From contig NC_086097.1 in NCBI RefSeq assembly GCF_963921235.1, forward strand, positions 21,144,001-21,208,000: a stretch of DNA of 64,000 bases, given 5' to 3'. The position numbers and the translations under genes are program-made. Shown in pieces: positions 37,810 through 50,134 of the stretch (within the stretch, counting starts at the first letter, position 1; the number at the start of each line of letters is the position of its first letter). Under the pieces are notes generated by a model that had not been told where the DNA came from, made no database searches, and worked only from the letters and a program-made list of their open reading frames with translations. Source of the DNA: Mobula hypostoma (lineage: Eukaryota).

Positions 37810-38567
37810 CTTCGGTTGTCCATCGAAATCTGATGACGACGTCCACTCCTTTAACGGTGAGATCTTTGATGACTATACAGTCCTATCCTGGACCCACAAG
37901 CTCTAATACAAGTGGGACATGTATATGTGGTAGTGGTGGCAACCCTGACTGCATTTCTCCTGGCTCTCTTCTGCTGCCTTCTGGTTGTTCTTTCCATCTC
38001 CAGAATACGAACCCCGTCCCTACACAGCTGTCGCCAAATGGTAAGGTCAGCAGCAACATCCTCCAAGTCCTTGGGTCTGATCTTGCACTTCCTTAAAGCA
38101 TTCTTCATCTGATCCTTATGGCGCTTCTTCGGCCCTCCAGCTGAGCATCGACCATGATGTAGCTGGCCCTATAACACTCTGCGGGGTAGCTGACATGGGG
38201 GCATCCTTATCACGTGCCCCAGCCACTGCAGCTGACACTGGGTGATCATGGCCTCAATACTCCTGCAGTTGGTCTTTACAAGTATTTCAGTGTGAAGCAC
38301 CCGCTCACACCAGGTAATTCCCAGGATGCGCTGGAGGCAGCTTATGTGGAAGTGCTCCAAGGACTTGATGTGACCCAAGCTTCACAGCTATAAAGGAGGG
38401 TGGTGACACAGACCGCTTGGTATACGGTGACCTTTGTGGAGGGACGAAGGCTCCTGTTCTGGAAGACTCTACACTGAAGTCTCCCAAAGGCGAGACTTCA
38501 AGGCGAAAATACCTGTTTAATGTGGCTCTGGATGTCGTTGTCAATGCTGCTATCCTCAGAGAGAATG
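37810..38567 (-). mobile_element. RTE-clade LINE 3' fragment with a C-terminal C2H2 finger
   Basis: LEHFHISCLQRILGITW, QLQWLGHVIRM and CPTCIRACGSRIGLYSHQRSH. Confidence 0.85.
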
Positions 38568-39105
38568 GGACAATTGCCATATCACACTGAGATACAGTTG
38601 GTGAGTATGCTCTCAATGGTACAGCGGTAAAAGTCCGTCAGTATCCTGGGACAGAGGTGAGCTTTCTTCATGCTCCGCAGGAAATAAAGGTGCTGTTGCG
38701 CCTTTTTGATCAGGATGGAGGAGTTCAGGGACCAGGTGAGATCCTTGGAAATGTGGACACCAATGAATTTGAAACTTGATACACGCTCCACTACAGCTCC
38801 GTTGATGTAGATGGGGATGTGAGTGTGGCTCCTGGCATGCCTAAAGTCCACAATGATCTCCTTGATCTTCTGGGTGTTGAGGGCCAGGTTGTTGTCGGCA
38901 CACCACATGGCCAGGTGCTGGACTTCATCCCTGTAGGCTGTCTCGTTGTCCCCTCTGATCAGGCCAACCACCATGGTGTCGTCTGCGAACTTGATTATGG
39001 AGTTAGAACCATGTACAGGAACGCAGTCATAGGTGAAAAGGGAGTACAGAAGAGGACACAGGAAGATTCTGAACATCCTGGATAGTAGCAGTGGACGGTA
39101 GTTCA
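38568..39105 (-). mobile_element. Rex1/Babar-like RT fragment
   Basis: PLLYSLFTYDC...IIKFADDTMVVGLI...KEIIVDFR...FYRCTIESILTNCISV. Confidence 0.88.
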
Positions 39106-39244
39106 AAAATATTTGCAGAGTAAAAGAAATTACTTATAACCATAACCATATAACTTGGATGACTAAGATTGCTGGGATGCATTTGTGAGAGTAGGAGAGG
39201 TTACTGAGCAAGGGCTTCTCCTCAGTGAATGAAGTGGATTCCAA

Positions 39245-40452
39245 GAGGTTGGTCGAGAAGGTTCAGTTGCTTGGCATTCAGGATGAGGTAGTAAAATAGA
39301 TTCAATATTGGCTTTGCAGGAGAAGCTAGAGAGCGGTAGTAGATGGCTACTTCTCGGAATGGATGCCTGTGATTAGTGGTGTGCTGCAGGGATTGGTGAT
39401 GGGTCTGTTGTTGTTTGTCGTCTATATCAACAAACTGGATGATAATGCAGTAAACTGGATCAGCAATTTTGCGGATGACTCAAAGATTGAGGGTCTACAC
39501 TGTGCTAAGAAATGGCAGATGAAATTTAATGCAGACAAGTGTGAAGTGTTAAATTTTGGGAGGACAAACTAGAGTAGGATTTACATGGCAAACAGTAGGC
39601 ACTGAGTATAGTAGAACAGAGAGATCTGAGAATACAAATTCATAATTCCTTGGAAGTGACATCACAGGTAGATAGGGTCGTAAAGAGAGCTTTCAGCATA
39701 TTCGCCTTCATAAATCAAAATATTTAGCAAAGGAGTTGGGATGTTAGGTTGAAATTGTATAGGATGTTGGTGATGCTTAATTTGGAGCATTGTGTGCAGC
39801 TCTGGTCACCTACATACAGGGATAATATCAATAAGGTTGAAAGAGTGCAGAGAAAATTTACAAAGATGTTGCTAGGTCTTGAGGCTTCGCAGAAAGAGAA
39901 GATGAGTCCTGATGAAGGGTCTCGGCCCGAAACGTCCACCGTACCTCTTCCTAAAGATGCTGCCTGGCCTGCTGCGTTCACCAGCAACTTTGATGTGTGT
40001 TGCTAGGTCTTGAGGACCAGATTTATAGGGAAAGCTTGAATAGGTGAGGACTTTATTCCCTGGAGCATAGGAAAATGAGGGGAGATCTGACAGAGGCCTA
40101 CAAAATTATGAGGGGGATATTGCGTTAATGTAAGCAGGCTTTTTCCAGAGGTTGGGTGAGACTAAAACTAGAGATCATGGGATAAGAGTGAAAAGTGAAA
40201 TGTTTAAGGGAAACATGAGGGGAAACTTCTTCACTCAGAAAGTGGTGCGAGTTTAGAACGAGCTTCCTGTAGAAGCGTGGGTTTCATTTCAACATTTAAG
40301 AGAAATTTGAATAGGTACATGGATGGGATGGGTATGGAGGGCCATGGTCGGTTGTAGATTGATGGGCAGAATAATAGTTTGATTAGGCAGAACAGTTTGC
40401 ATGGATTAGATGGGCCTTAGAGCCTGTTTCTGTACTGTAGTGTTCTATGACT
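39245..40452 (+). mobile_element. CR1 3' fragment carrying a ribozyme-motif mini-insertion
   Basis: SGVLQGLVMG, NFADDSK and HCVQLWSP. 3' tail cctgtttctgtactgtagtgttctatga. Confidence 0.85.
39905..39940 (+). ncRNA. Minimal type-I hammerhead ribozyme motif, PLE-derived (stem I 3' strand mutated)
   Basis: agtc-CTGATGA-a-gggtctcggccc-GAAA-cg-TC-cacc. Confidence 0.6.
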
Positions 40453-40620
40453 TTGGTTAACTTTGCTATCAACTAAGTGTGAAGTTGACAAGCGACTAGG
40501 AGCTGGATAGGGAGGACATCACAAAAAAAAATGAAACTTGATAAAAAGGACTTTTGCTTGATAATAGATACTTAATAGATGTTTTCTTAAAATGCTCTTT
40601 TAGTCATAGAGAAAAATTAC

Positions 40621-40711
40621 CTTTGTTTCCCAGTTGTAATGGTATCCTAAAGTAACCCATCGCAGCTTCTCTAGCAAGCTTTTAGCCTCTCGTTTACCAG
40701 GGCATTTTAGC
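40621..40711 (-). CDS. ALKBH1: ALKBH1 exon 4 (91 bp)
   Basis: ttttttgatag|GCTAAAA ... ACAAAG|gtaatt. Translates (R)[30 protein letters not shown], the hallmark LRWVTxGYHYNW motif. Confidence 0.96.
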
Positions 40712-42684
40712 CTATCAAAAAAAAAGTGAAATCCCATTAAAAGCTGGACTTTCATTTATTCGTCTCACATTCCTTTGGGTTACACACCACTTCTATATAG
40801 CAAACTTCATCCGGAGATTTCTGCTCTAATGATATCAAATCGGGATAGTGTATCACTGAAGTACGTCCTGACATTCTTCCACCCCTTCATTGTTGATGCG
40901 ATAAGGTGGCTCATATCTAAGAGTACTGCTCCTAGCAGTGTGGACTAGAAACTCACCCAAGCACATAAAACATGTGGGTTGTGATTGGCAGCTCAGGGAT
41001 TTGAACTGCACATTAGTGAGAGTGTAAGCTTCGTGTTCCTTGCAGTCAGACACCTTGAAACTGAAGTTTTTTAGTTTTCAGGAATCATACAGTACTTTAC
41101 CAATGTTGACTGTCTGTGATGTTAGGGTATGCCTAAAACCCACAAGTTTTGTTCTTGATTCAAAAAAAAGAAAACCAAAAATTATGAAATGCCCTTTAGC
41201 TCTATAAAACATATTAAAGTGGCTTTACAATGAAGATTAATAACTTAATCATAATCCTTTACAAAACAAAAGAATAGAGTATGAACAGTGACAGAGGGTG
41301 GCAGTGGGGAAGACAGCAAGTGACAGGAATAAGGAAAGAGAAAAAGTCTGCAGATCTTCGAAGAAAGATTTGATGCCTTTCCAATGAAATCAACTAAAGA
41401 AAAAATAACAATTCTCTTCATGCTGATATAAGATTCTGACACAATTCCTGATTGGCAGAAGGAAAGGTTAAGTCATAAAAGAAAGAAAACACTGGATTTT
41501 CTTTCAATTTTTGCATCCATGAAGTTTGTATTTGGGGAAGGGATAATGGAGTTTGTGGAGGTGGGGAGGAGGGAGATACAAACAAAGGGTTACATGATGT
41601 TCTTTGTATATTAAGTCAGAATGTATTTAGCTTTATTGATTAGGAAATGTAACTTAAACAGATCATTACAGTCCTCCACCTCAATAACTACATTTATATA
41701 GCACCTCTGACATCATAGCATGTCTTGAGGTAACCAAATAGAAAATGACAAATCCTATACAACTTTAAGAATCCAGCTTTAGGAGGTGCTAGCATTTATA
41801 AAGTTCTTGACTTTCTGCCCAGCCTACAAGACTATACGAATAACTATGCAGTTCCACATCCACCTTTTAAATTTCATTTTATGGACTTGCTCAGAATATT
41901 TAAAATGAATTTACATATGTCTAGCAAGTTGTGAAAAAAAAACATTTGGTTCCCACATTACATTCAGATCACCAAGGAATGATTACCTATGTGATAATCA
42001 GTATCACCGTCTTTTATAGCTACTGGTGCATTCATGGGAGACATTTTGAAATTAGAGCTTCATTTTCTATACATTCCTTCAATGTTAATTAGCAGCTGAT
42101 GTAATTTAAACTGCCATTAATTAGTTCTAGTCAGATGTGTTAACTCATTTGTGGCTTTTAAAACAAAGTGCATTGCATCCATTTAGATAATGTCAATTTT
42201 ATAAATGCTTACTGAACGATGAATGGGAATACTAACATTGAAAAGAAAACAGAATACTCATCAGGTTGGATTCAGCATCTGTGAAGACAGGAACAGAATT
42301 GTAATCAAATGTCATCAAACCAAAACATTAACATTATTGGCATAATTTTACGATGATAGGAGGAAAGTAAAGGTGGGGGGAATATCAGAGTTAAGTTTTT
42401 ACAGAGTGTGGTTGAGTGAAATGGGTGCAGGTAATGGCAGATATATTAAGGGCATTTAAGAAACTCTTAAATAGGCATATGGATATTAGAGAAATAGAGA
42501 GCTATGTAGGAAGGGTTTAGATTGAACTTAAAGGCTGTCAACGCCAAAGAGCATAGCTATGAATATAGCCACAGAAGCTGCCTGACTACCTGTGTATTTT
42601 CAGCAATTTATATAGTAGACCTCCAGCATGTGCAGTAGTATTGAAATTAAGCTGTTATCCAGTAATATAAAGCCCAGTGATATC

Positions 42685-42872
42685 ACAAAGAAAGAAAATC
42701 TGCAGATGTAAGAGGTTGAAAGCAACACACACAAAATGCTGGAGAAACTCAGCAGGCCAGGCAGCATCTATGGAAAAGAGTAAACAGTCGACTTTTGGGT
42801 CAAAGCCCTTCATCAGGACAGAAAAGAGTAAACAGTCAATGTTTTGGGCTGAGACCATTCATCAGGACCAGT
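42685..42872 (-). mobile_element. PLE 3' tail with two tandem degenerate hammerhead motifs (42786-42819 and 42834-42868)
   Basis: A 48-nt duplication. Each copy reads gtc-CTGATGA-a...ccc-AAAA...gact on the minus strand. Confidence 0.75.
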
Positions 42873-43790
42873 GATATAACCACATCAGTCTAACCTGTAC
42901 ACTTTTGGAATGTAGCAACATAGTCTAACAATAAAAATGTTTTATCGTAACTTCTAGAACATGACTGAGCTAGGTTTTAGCAGTGCAGACTTCAGGACAC
43001 TTGTCAGCTCTTTCTGATATTTTAAGATATTTGATGTGGATGGTTGGGCAGTCTTATTTTCAAAACAAGCCTCTTTTATACCTGCATTTGCTTCCTTCCA
43101 ATAGGAGATTAATTAGCTGAATTTACATTTACCAAAGCTTATTTTAGAGGACATGGACAGAATGGTTTTATAGGATAAAAGGAAAATTATGATGAGGATC
43201 TGGAATGCTTATACAGGATGTAGTGTAATAAATTAGTACACTAAATTAGTACCTAAACACTATTGTGTGGCTTCCAAGTGTAAACTTAGCAAGTTTCAAA
43301 TTTGACATACAATAATGATCCTTACTAAAAAGGGAAATTCGAGAAGTAACTGAAGTTACATTAGGATATAATGTACTTGAGAGAATAAAAACCCATTTCT
43401 TCTCATCAGTTTTCACAAGCTTTTTAGCTCCAGGCATAATAATATGGCAACTCAGGGAATAGGAGGACAAACATTATTAACTGCAAGTGAGCACTGCAGT
43501 TGTGCAGTTATATGCCACACTGAAAAGTCAAGCAAAAATATCCTCATCATCGTTCTACATGAATAATGTCTTCTCCATTAAGCAACAGGAATTTGATCAT
43601 TTCATTTTTAAGTGCTGAATAGTTATTACTCTTCAATCATCAGGCTCCTGAACCAGTGTGGGTAACAAATTTCACGACATATGCTGGTGATAATAAATCT
43701 GATTCTGATTCACTCACCTCAAATGATCACTGAACACAACCTATGGACTCACTTTCAAGGACTTTTATATCTTATGGAATCCACAACTAA

Positions 43791-44782
43791 TAGTCATAGT
43801 CATAGTCATAATTTATTGATCCCGGGGGAAATTGGTTTTCGTTACAGTTGCACCATAAATAATAAATAGTAATGGAACCATAAATAGTTAAATAGTAATA
43901 TGTAAATTATACCAGTAAATTATGAAATAAGTCCAGGACCAGCCTATTGGCTCAGGGTGTCTGACCCTCCAAGGGAGGAGTTGTAAAGTTTGATGGCCAC
44001 AGGCAGGAATGACTTCCTATGACGCTCTGTGTTGCATCTCGGTGGAATGAGTCTCTGGCTGAATGTACTCCTGTGCCCAACCAGTACATTATGTAGTGGA
44101 TGGGAGACATTGACCAAGATGGCATGCAACTTAGACAGCATCCTCTTTCCAGACACCACCGTGAGAGAGTCCAGTTCCATCCCCACAACAATGTTCTTAG
44201 TATTACTTCAAAGTAAAAATTTATTATCAGAGTACATATATGTCACCATACATCTTTGAGATCCTTTTTCTGCGGGCATATTTAGCAAATCTTTAGAACA
44301 GTAATTGTAAACATCAGGAACTGTTAACTGTAAACAAACTGGACAAATGCAGCTGTAAATAAATAGCAATAAATAACAAGCATGAAATAACAATGTAACA
44401 GTGTTCTTAAATGAGTGTAGCTATCCCCTTTTGTTCAAGAACCTGTTGGTTGAGGGGCAGTAACTGTTCTTAAACCTGGTGGTGTGAGTCCTGAGGCACT
44501 TGTACCTTCTACCTGATGGCAGCAATGAGAAGAGAATATGGCCTGGGTGGAGAAGATCTTTGATGATTGATGCTGCTTTTCTACGGCAATGTTTCATGTA
44601 GATGCATTTCATAGTTGGGAGGGTTTTACCTGTGAGGTACTGGGCCGAATCCACTACTTTTTGTAGGAATTTCTGCTCAGAGGCATTGGTGTTCCCATAT
44701 CAGTGTGTAATGGAGCCAGTTAGCACACTTTCTTCCACACATCTATAGAAGTTGCCAAGGTTTTCGATGACATGCCGAATTA
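43791..44782 (-). mobile_element. Two adjacent Rex1/Babar-like 3' fragments (43791-44190 with an (ATGACT)n tail; 44206-44782)
   Basis: SHPLH...PRCNTERHRKSFLPVAIKLYN and HPGHILFSLLPSGRRYKCLRTHTTRFKNSY. Confidence 0.8.
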
Positions 44783-46899
44783 TTATTATTATTTTTTTAC
44801 AGGAGCCTTAGTTCCTACACCACCAAGTTCAGGAACTATTATTACCCTTCAACTGTCAGGCTTTTGAACCATTTGGACAACTTCACTCACCTAAACACTG
44901 AACTGATTCCACAACCTACAGACTCACTTGCAAGGACTTTACAACTCGTGTTCTGGGTAGGATTTATTTATTTATTTATTATCTCTTTTTGAATTTGCAA
45001 AACTTATCTTCTTTTGGTTATTTGACAGTCTTTGTGTGTAGTTTGTCAACCATTCTATTGCATTTCTTTGTTTGACTATGAATGCCTGCAAGAAAATTAA
45101 TCTCAGGATAGTATGTGGTGACATATACATAATTTGATAATAAATTTACTTGGAACTTTGAAAACTGAATATCTCTTCAGATGCATATACCATATTACAG
45201 TAATTTACTCCAGACACTCAACCAGCCATAGAAACAACTGAAGTGCTAAATGTTTTTTTTAGAAATAGGTAGAATTGGAGGAGCAATAATAAAATAAATA
45301 CTAGTACTAGTGGACCAGTTGTATTATTTCAATATATTATTTTTATTTCCCAGTCACTGAACCTAGATTCAACAAACAGAATCAGCTTGTGATGAGTTTT
45401 TCAGAGCTTCGATGTGCTTCACCGAATGCTGAGCAGTCAGGGTGTAGCTTTATTTGGAGTCAGCTGGGCTTATAAGCCATGAAAAAGCACTAAAATTGTT
45501 GAATAATTTAATGGAAGTGCTTTAATCTATGTAGAGGATTTATTTTTAAGAGATGTGCTTGTCTCTCAATGTGCGTTGTGGGAAATGTGTGCACATGTCC
45601 TAAACCTTTTTTAGCATTATTCTCTTTGCTCCTCATTTTGCATTTCTTCAAACTTAGGCTCCAATTTTCCAATGCCTGCCACTTCCATTCCACAGGAATA
45701 ATTCATTTGGCCTGATTTCAATTCATATAGGATGCATGTTATAGATTCCAACTAAAGAACTTTACAAGAACACAATGTTAACAGCAGATTAAGGCACAGA
45801 CAAATAACTGCCTGGTGAATTGAAAACAGCATGTGCTCTTTGGCAGAGCTTACTCTACATAATGCCCACTTTCAACCTCTTCCCCTTTACTGTTTGATGG
45901 ATGATCTCTTTCTATTGCTATTTCTCAATCCTTATGGGCTAAGTTTTTTTTTGTTTTCTAGCTTTCACTTGCTGTTAGAACAAAGGGTCTTGGGAAATTA
46001 ACTGTTCTAATATGAAAACAGAGAAGTTGCCTGTTTGCAGGTAACCAATGTATGGGTACTAGGAAAAAGAAAAGTTTCAAAGATTAGCTTTATTTGTTAC
46101 ATGTACATCAAAACATTCAGTGAAAGGTACTGTGGGTATGAAATTAAATCAATGAGGATTGTGTTGGCATAGCCCGTAAATGTCTCCATACTTCCAACAC
46201 CAAAATAGCATGCCCATAACTCACTAAGCCTAATGTCAATGGAATGTGGGAGGAAACCCATGTGGTCACAGGGAGAATGTACAACCTTCTACAGACTGTG
46301 GTGGGAATCAAACCCCAATCTTACAGCTTGCATTGTAAAGTGATGCAATAAATAAGATAATATAGTCAACATTTTTTCAGCTTGTTGCGAATATTTTTAT
46401 TAGGGTTTTCTGTTCCATTGTACAGCTAGTTCCCTAATCATTTAGTACCCTTCTGAATGTTCTGACAGAGGCCTCCGTTGATCAAAGTTGACCATGGATG
46501 TTGCATTCTTGCCGCCTAGATATGCGAGCTGTTGCCCATGTAGCAAGCCCTCCCTCTCCATGCATCTGATTAACCCAAAGGAACAGCAGAGTCATACAGT
46601 TTGGTACCAGCAGCGTTACAGAAGTTGCCAGTCAGCACTGAACTCAACAGAGGACTGCCTTAGGGATTTTCCCTGGGGGTTTACTCCCGAAGCCTTCTCC
46701 ATGAGTGGGTATAGCTGCAGGCAGCGGAGGTTTGAGAACAGAAATTTTCTTCTCCTAGATGAACTGCCAACCATAGCTGATGGGCGCCATCTGCCTGAGG
46801 TGACTAGGACAAAGGCTTTAGTAACCTGCCTTTGCCCCTTCTCCTGTCAGTAGAAATGGTTCCACTGGGCTTAGTAGCTGGACTTAGTTGTCAGAGGGC

Positions 46900-49800
46900 A
46901 TTTGAGGTGCACACCGAGGTGCCTAAGCGCAACTTGAGTAGCAGCAGTACTCTCAATGGATACGATTAAATATTCTCATTTCAGCCTGATGCAGCTAAAA
47001 AGTACAACTGCTTCCAAGGTCAGTACAGTCAACAAAGATGTCTTAATGCGTTTAAACAAACTATCGCAGCTTAAAATTGATGGAAACAACACCGATTGTG
47101 GTCGGAAGTGCCCATGTAGGATATCTCAGAGAAGCACGGGTGCAGAGCGGGGTTACAAGTGCGTTTAAGGAAACGGGGTTTTAAACTCTCAATACCGACC
47201 ATCTTGCTGGCAAATTTACAGTCTCTGGTGAGTAAAATTGATGATCTCAGAGCTAGAGTGCTGAATCAGAGGGACATTAGGACAGTGTGTCCTCTGTTTC
47301 ACGGAATCCTGGTTAACCCTCTCCATACCGGATGCAGCAATTCAGATCGACGGGTTTACTATACACCATCAGGATAGATCTATAGAGTCTCTCAAAAGCA
47401 GAGGTGGAGGAGTATGTCTCATGATCAACTCTTCTTGGTGCACAAATATATCAGTGCTGTCTCAATTCTGCTCACCAGACCTGGAATATCTACCAGTTAA
47501 GTGCTGGTCTTTTTACCTACCACAGGAGTTCTCTGGGATTCTTTTGGTAGCAGTGTACATTCCACTTCAGGCCAATGTCAAGCAGGCTTTAGATAATCTG
47601 AGCAAAGGCATCAACATGCACGAAACAATGCACCCTAACTCCTTCACCACAGTTTTAACCAGGCCAGTTTTGAAAAAAAATCACTAAGCAATTACCATCA
47701 ACAGATCACTTGCAATACCAGATGAAACAACACACTGGACCATTGCTACACCACCATCAAAAATGCCTACTGTGCTATTCCACGCTCTCACTTCAGGAAG
47801 TCTGATCACCTGGCTGTACTTCTACTCCCTGAGTATAGGCAGAGACTGAAGACTGCAGCACCAGTAGTGAGGATCAAGAAGGTATGGACAAGGGAAGCAC
47901 AGGAGTGTCTACAGGACTGGTCTGAATTGCTGGACTGGACTGTATTCAGGGATTCATCTTCGAATCTAGATGAGTATGCTGCAGTTGTTACTGACTTCAT
48001 TAAAACCTGTGTGGATGAGTGCATGCCTACAAAGACTTGCTGTACATTCCCAAACCAAAAGTTGTGGATGAACTGAGAGGTACATCATCTGCTGAAGGCT
48101 AGATCTGCGGCATTCATGTCTGGCGGATCCAGGCCTGTACCAGAAATCCAGGTATGATTTGCGGAGGGCTATTTTAACGGTGAAGAGAAAATTTTGAATG
48201 AGGTTGGAGGCGACATCAGACGCACGGCAACTCTGGCAGAGATTGCAAGACATTACTTCCTACAAGGCAAAACCCAACAGCACGAATGGCAGCGATGCTT
48301 CACTACCAGATGAACTCAACGCCTTCTATGCACGCTTTGAAAGGGAGAACACAACTACAGCCGTGAAGATCCCTGCTGCACCTGATGACCCTGTGATCTC
48401 TGTCTCAGAGGCTGATGTTAGGCTGTCTTTAAAGAGAGAGTGAACCCTCGCAAGGCAGAAGGTCCTGATGGAGTACCTGGTAGGGTTCTGAAAACCTGTG
48501 CCAACCAACTAGTGCAAGTATTCAAGGACACTTTCAACCTCTGCTACGGGCAGAAGTGCCCACTTCCTTCAAAAAGACAACAATTATACCAATGCCTAAG
48601 AAGAATAAAGTGAGCTGCCTTAATGACTATTGCCTGTGATAAGACTGAACTCCTGCCTCACCAAGGATCCATTGCAATTTGCCTATCATCATAATAGGTC
48701 AATGGTAGACACAATCTCAATGGCTCTCCACACAGCTTTAGACCACCTGAACAACACAAACACCTATGTCAAGATGCTGTTCATCGACTATAACTCAGCA
48801 TTTAACACCATCATTCCCACAGTCCTGATTGAGAATTTGCAGAACCTGGACCTCTGTACCTCCCTCTGCAAATGAATCTTCAGCTTCCTAAATGGAAGAC
48901 CACAATCTGTGTGGATTGGTGATAACATATCCTCCTCACTGACGATCAACACTGGCGCACCTCAGCGGTGTGTGCTTAGCCCACTGCTCTACTCTCTAAA
49001 TACACTATGACTCTATATAGGCATAGCTCAAATACCATCTATAAATTTGCTGATGATACAACCATTGTTGGTAGAATCTCAGGTGGTGACGAGAGGGTGT
49101 AGAAGGGTGAGATATGCCAAGTAGTGGAGTGGTGCTGCAGCAACAAGCTGGCACTCAACATCAGTAAGACAAAGAGCTGATTGTGGACTTCAGTAACGGT
49201 AAGACGAAGGAACACATACCAATCCTCATAGAGGGATCAGAAGTGGAGAGAGTGAGCAGTTTCAAGTTCCTGGTTGTCAAGATCTCTGAGGGTCTAACCT
49301 GGTCCCAACATATTGATGTAGTTATAAAGAAGGCAAAACAGCGGCTATACTTCATTAGGAGTTTGAAGAGATTTGGCATGTCAGCAAATACACTCAAAAA
49401 CATCTATAGATGTACCATGGGGAGCATTCTGACAGGCTGCATCACTGTCTGGTATGGAGGGGCCACTGCACAGGACCGAAGGAAGCTGCAGAGGGTTGTA
49501 AATCTAGTCAGCTCCATCTTGGGTACTAGCCTACAAAGTACTCAGGACATCTTTAGGGAACAGTGTCTCAGAAAAGCGGCTTCCATTATTAAGGATCTCC
49601 AGCACCTAGCGCATGCCCTTTTTTCACTGTACCATCAAGTAGGAGGTACAGAAGCCTGAAGGCACACACTCAGCATTTCAGGAATAGCTTCTTCCCCTCT
49701 GTCATCTGATTCCTAAATGCACATTGAACCTTTGGAGACTGAACCCTTGGACACTACCTCATTTTTTTAATATACTGTTTTTTGCATTTTTTAAAATCTA

Positions 49801-49952
49801 TTCAATATGTATACTGAAATCGATTTACTTATTATTATTAGTATTTTTACTTTTTTTCTCTTCTATATTATGTATTGCATTGAACTGCTGCTGCTAAGTT
49901 AACAAATTTCACCTCACATGCCAGTGATAATAAATTGGATTCTAATTCTAAT
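46900..49952 (+). mobile_element. Long degenerate Rex1/Babar LINE (APE endonuclease and RT)
   Basis: [42 protein letters not shown] and KFADDT. Tail gataataaattggattctaattct. Confidence 0.88.
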
Positions 49953-50134
49953 AGTCAGTGGGAGCTTATCTCCACTACCATCCCTGGTTATAATAACCTT
50001 AAGGAACTCTTCTGAATTTTTTGACTGGTCTGGTGAAAAAGCTAATTCTATATACATGACACTGCCATCGAAGTGAAACTTCTCAAAAGCATTCTGGAGA
50101 ATTATCAAACAGTAATTATAACTGTTTATGAAGG

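Noticed and set aside
36625..44782. Inverted Rex1 copies flanking exon 4 that could drive circRNA formation
   Set aside because: The copies belong to visibly diverged subfamilies, so stable pairing is doubtful.
46460..46900. RTE-5'-UTR-like repeat that might hold an HDV-like ribozyme
   Set aside because: No nested double pseudoknot could be traced by eye, and the family assignment is uncertain.
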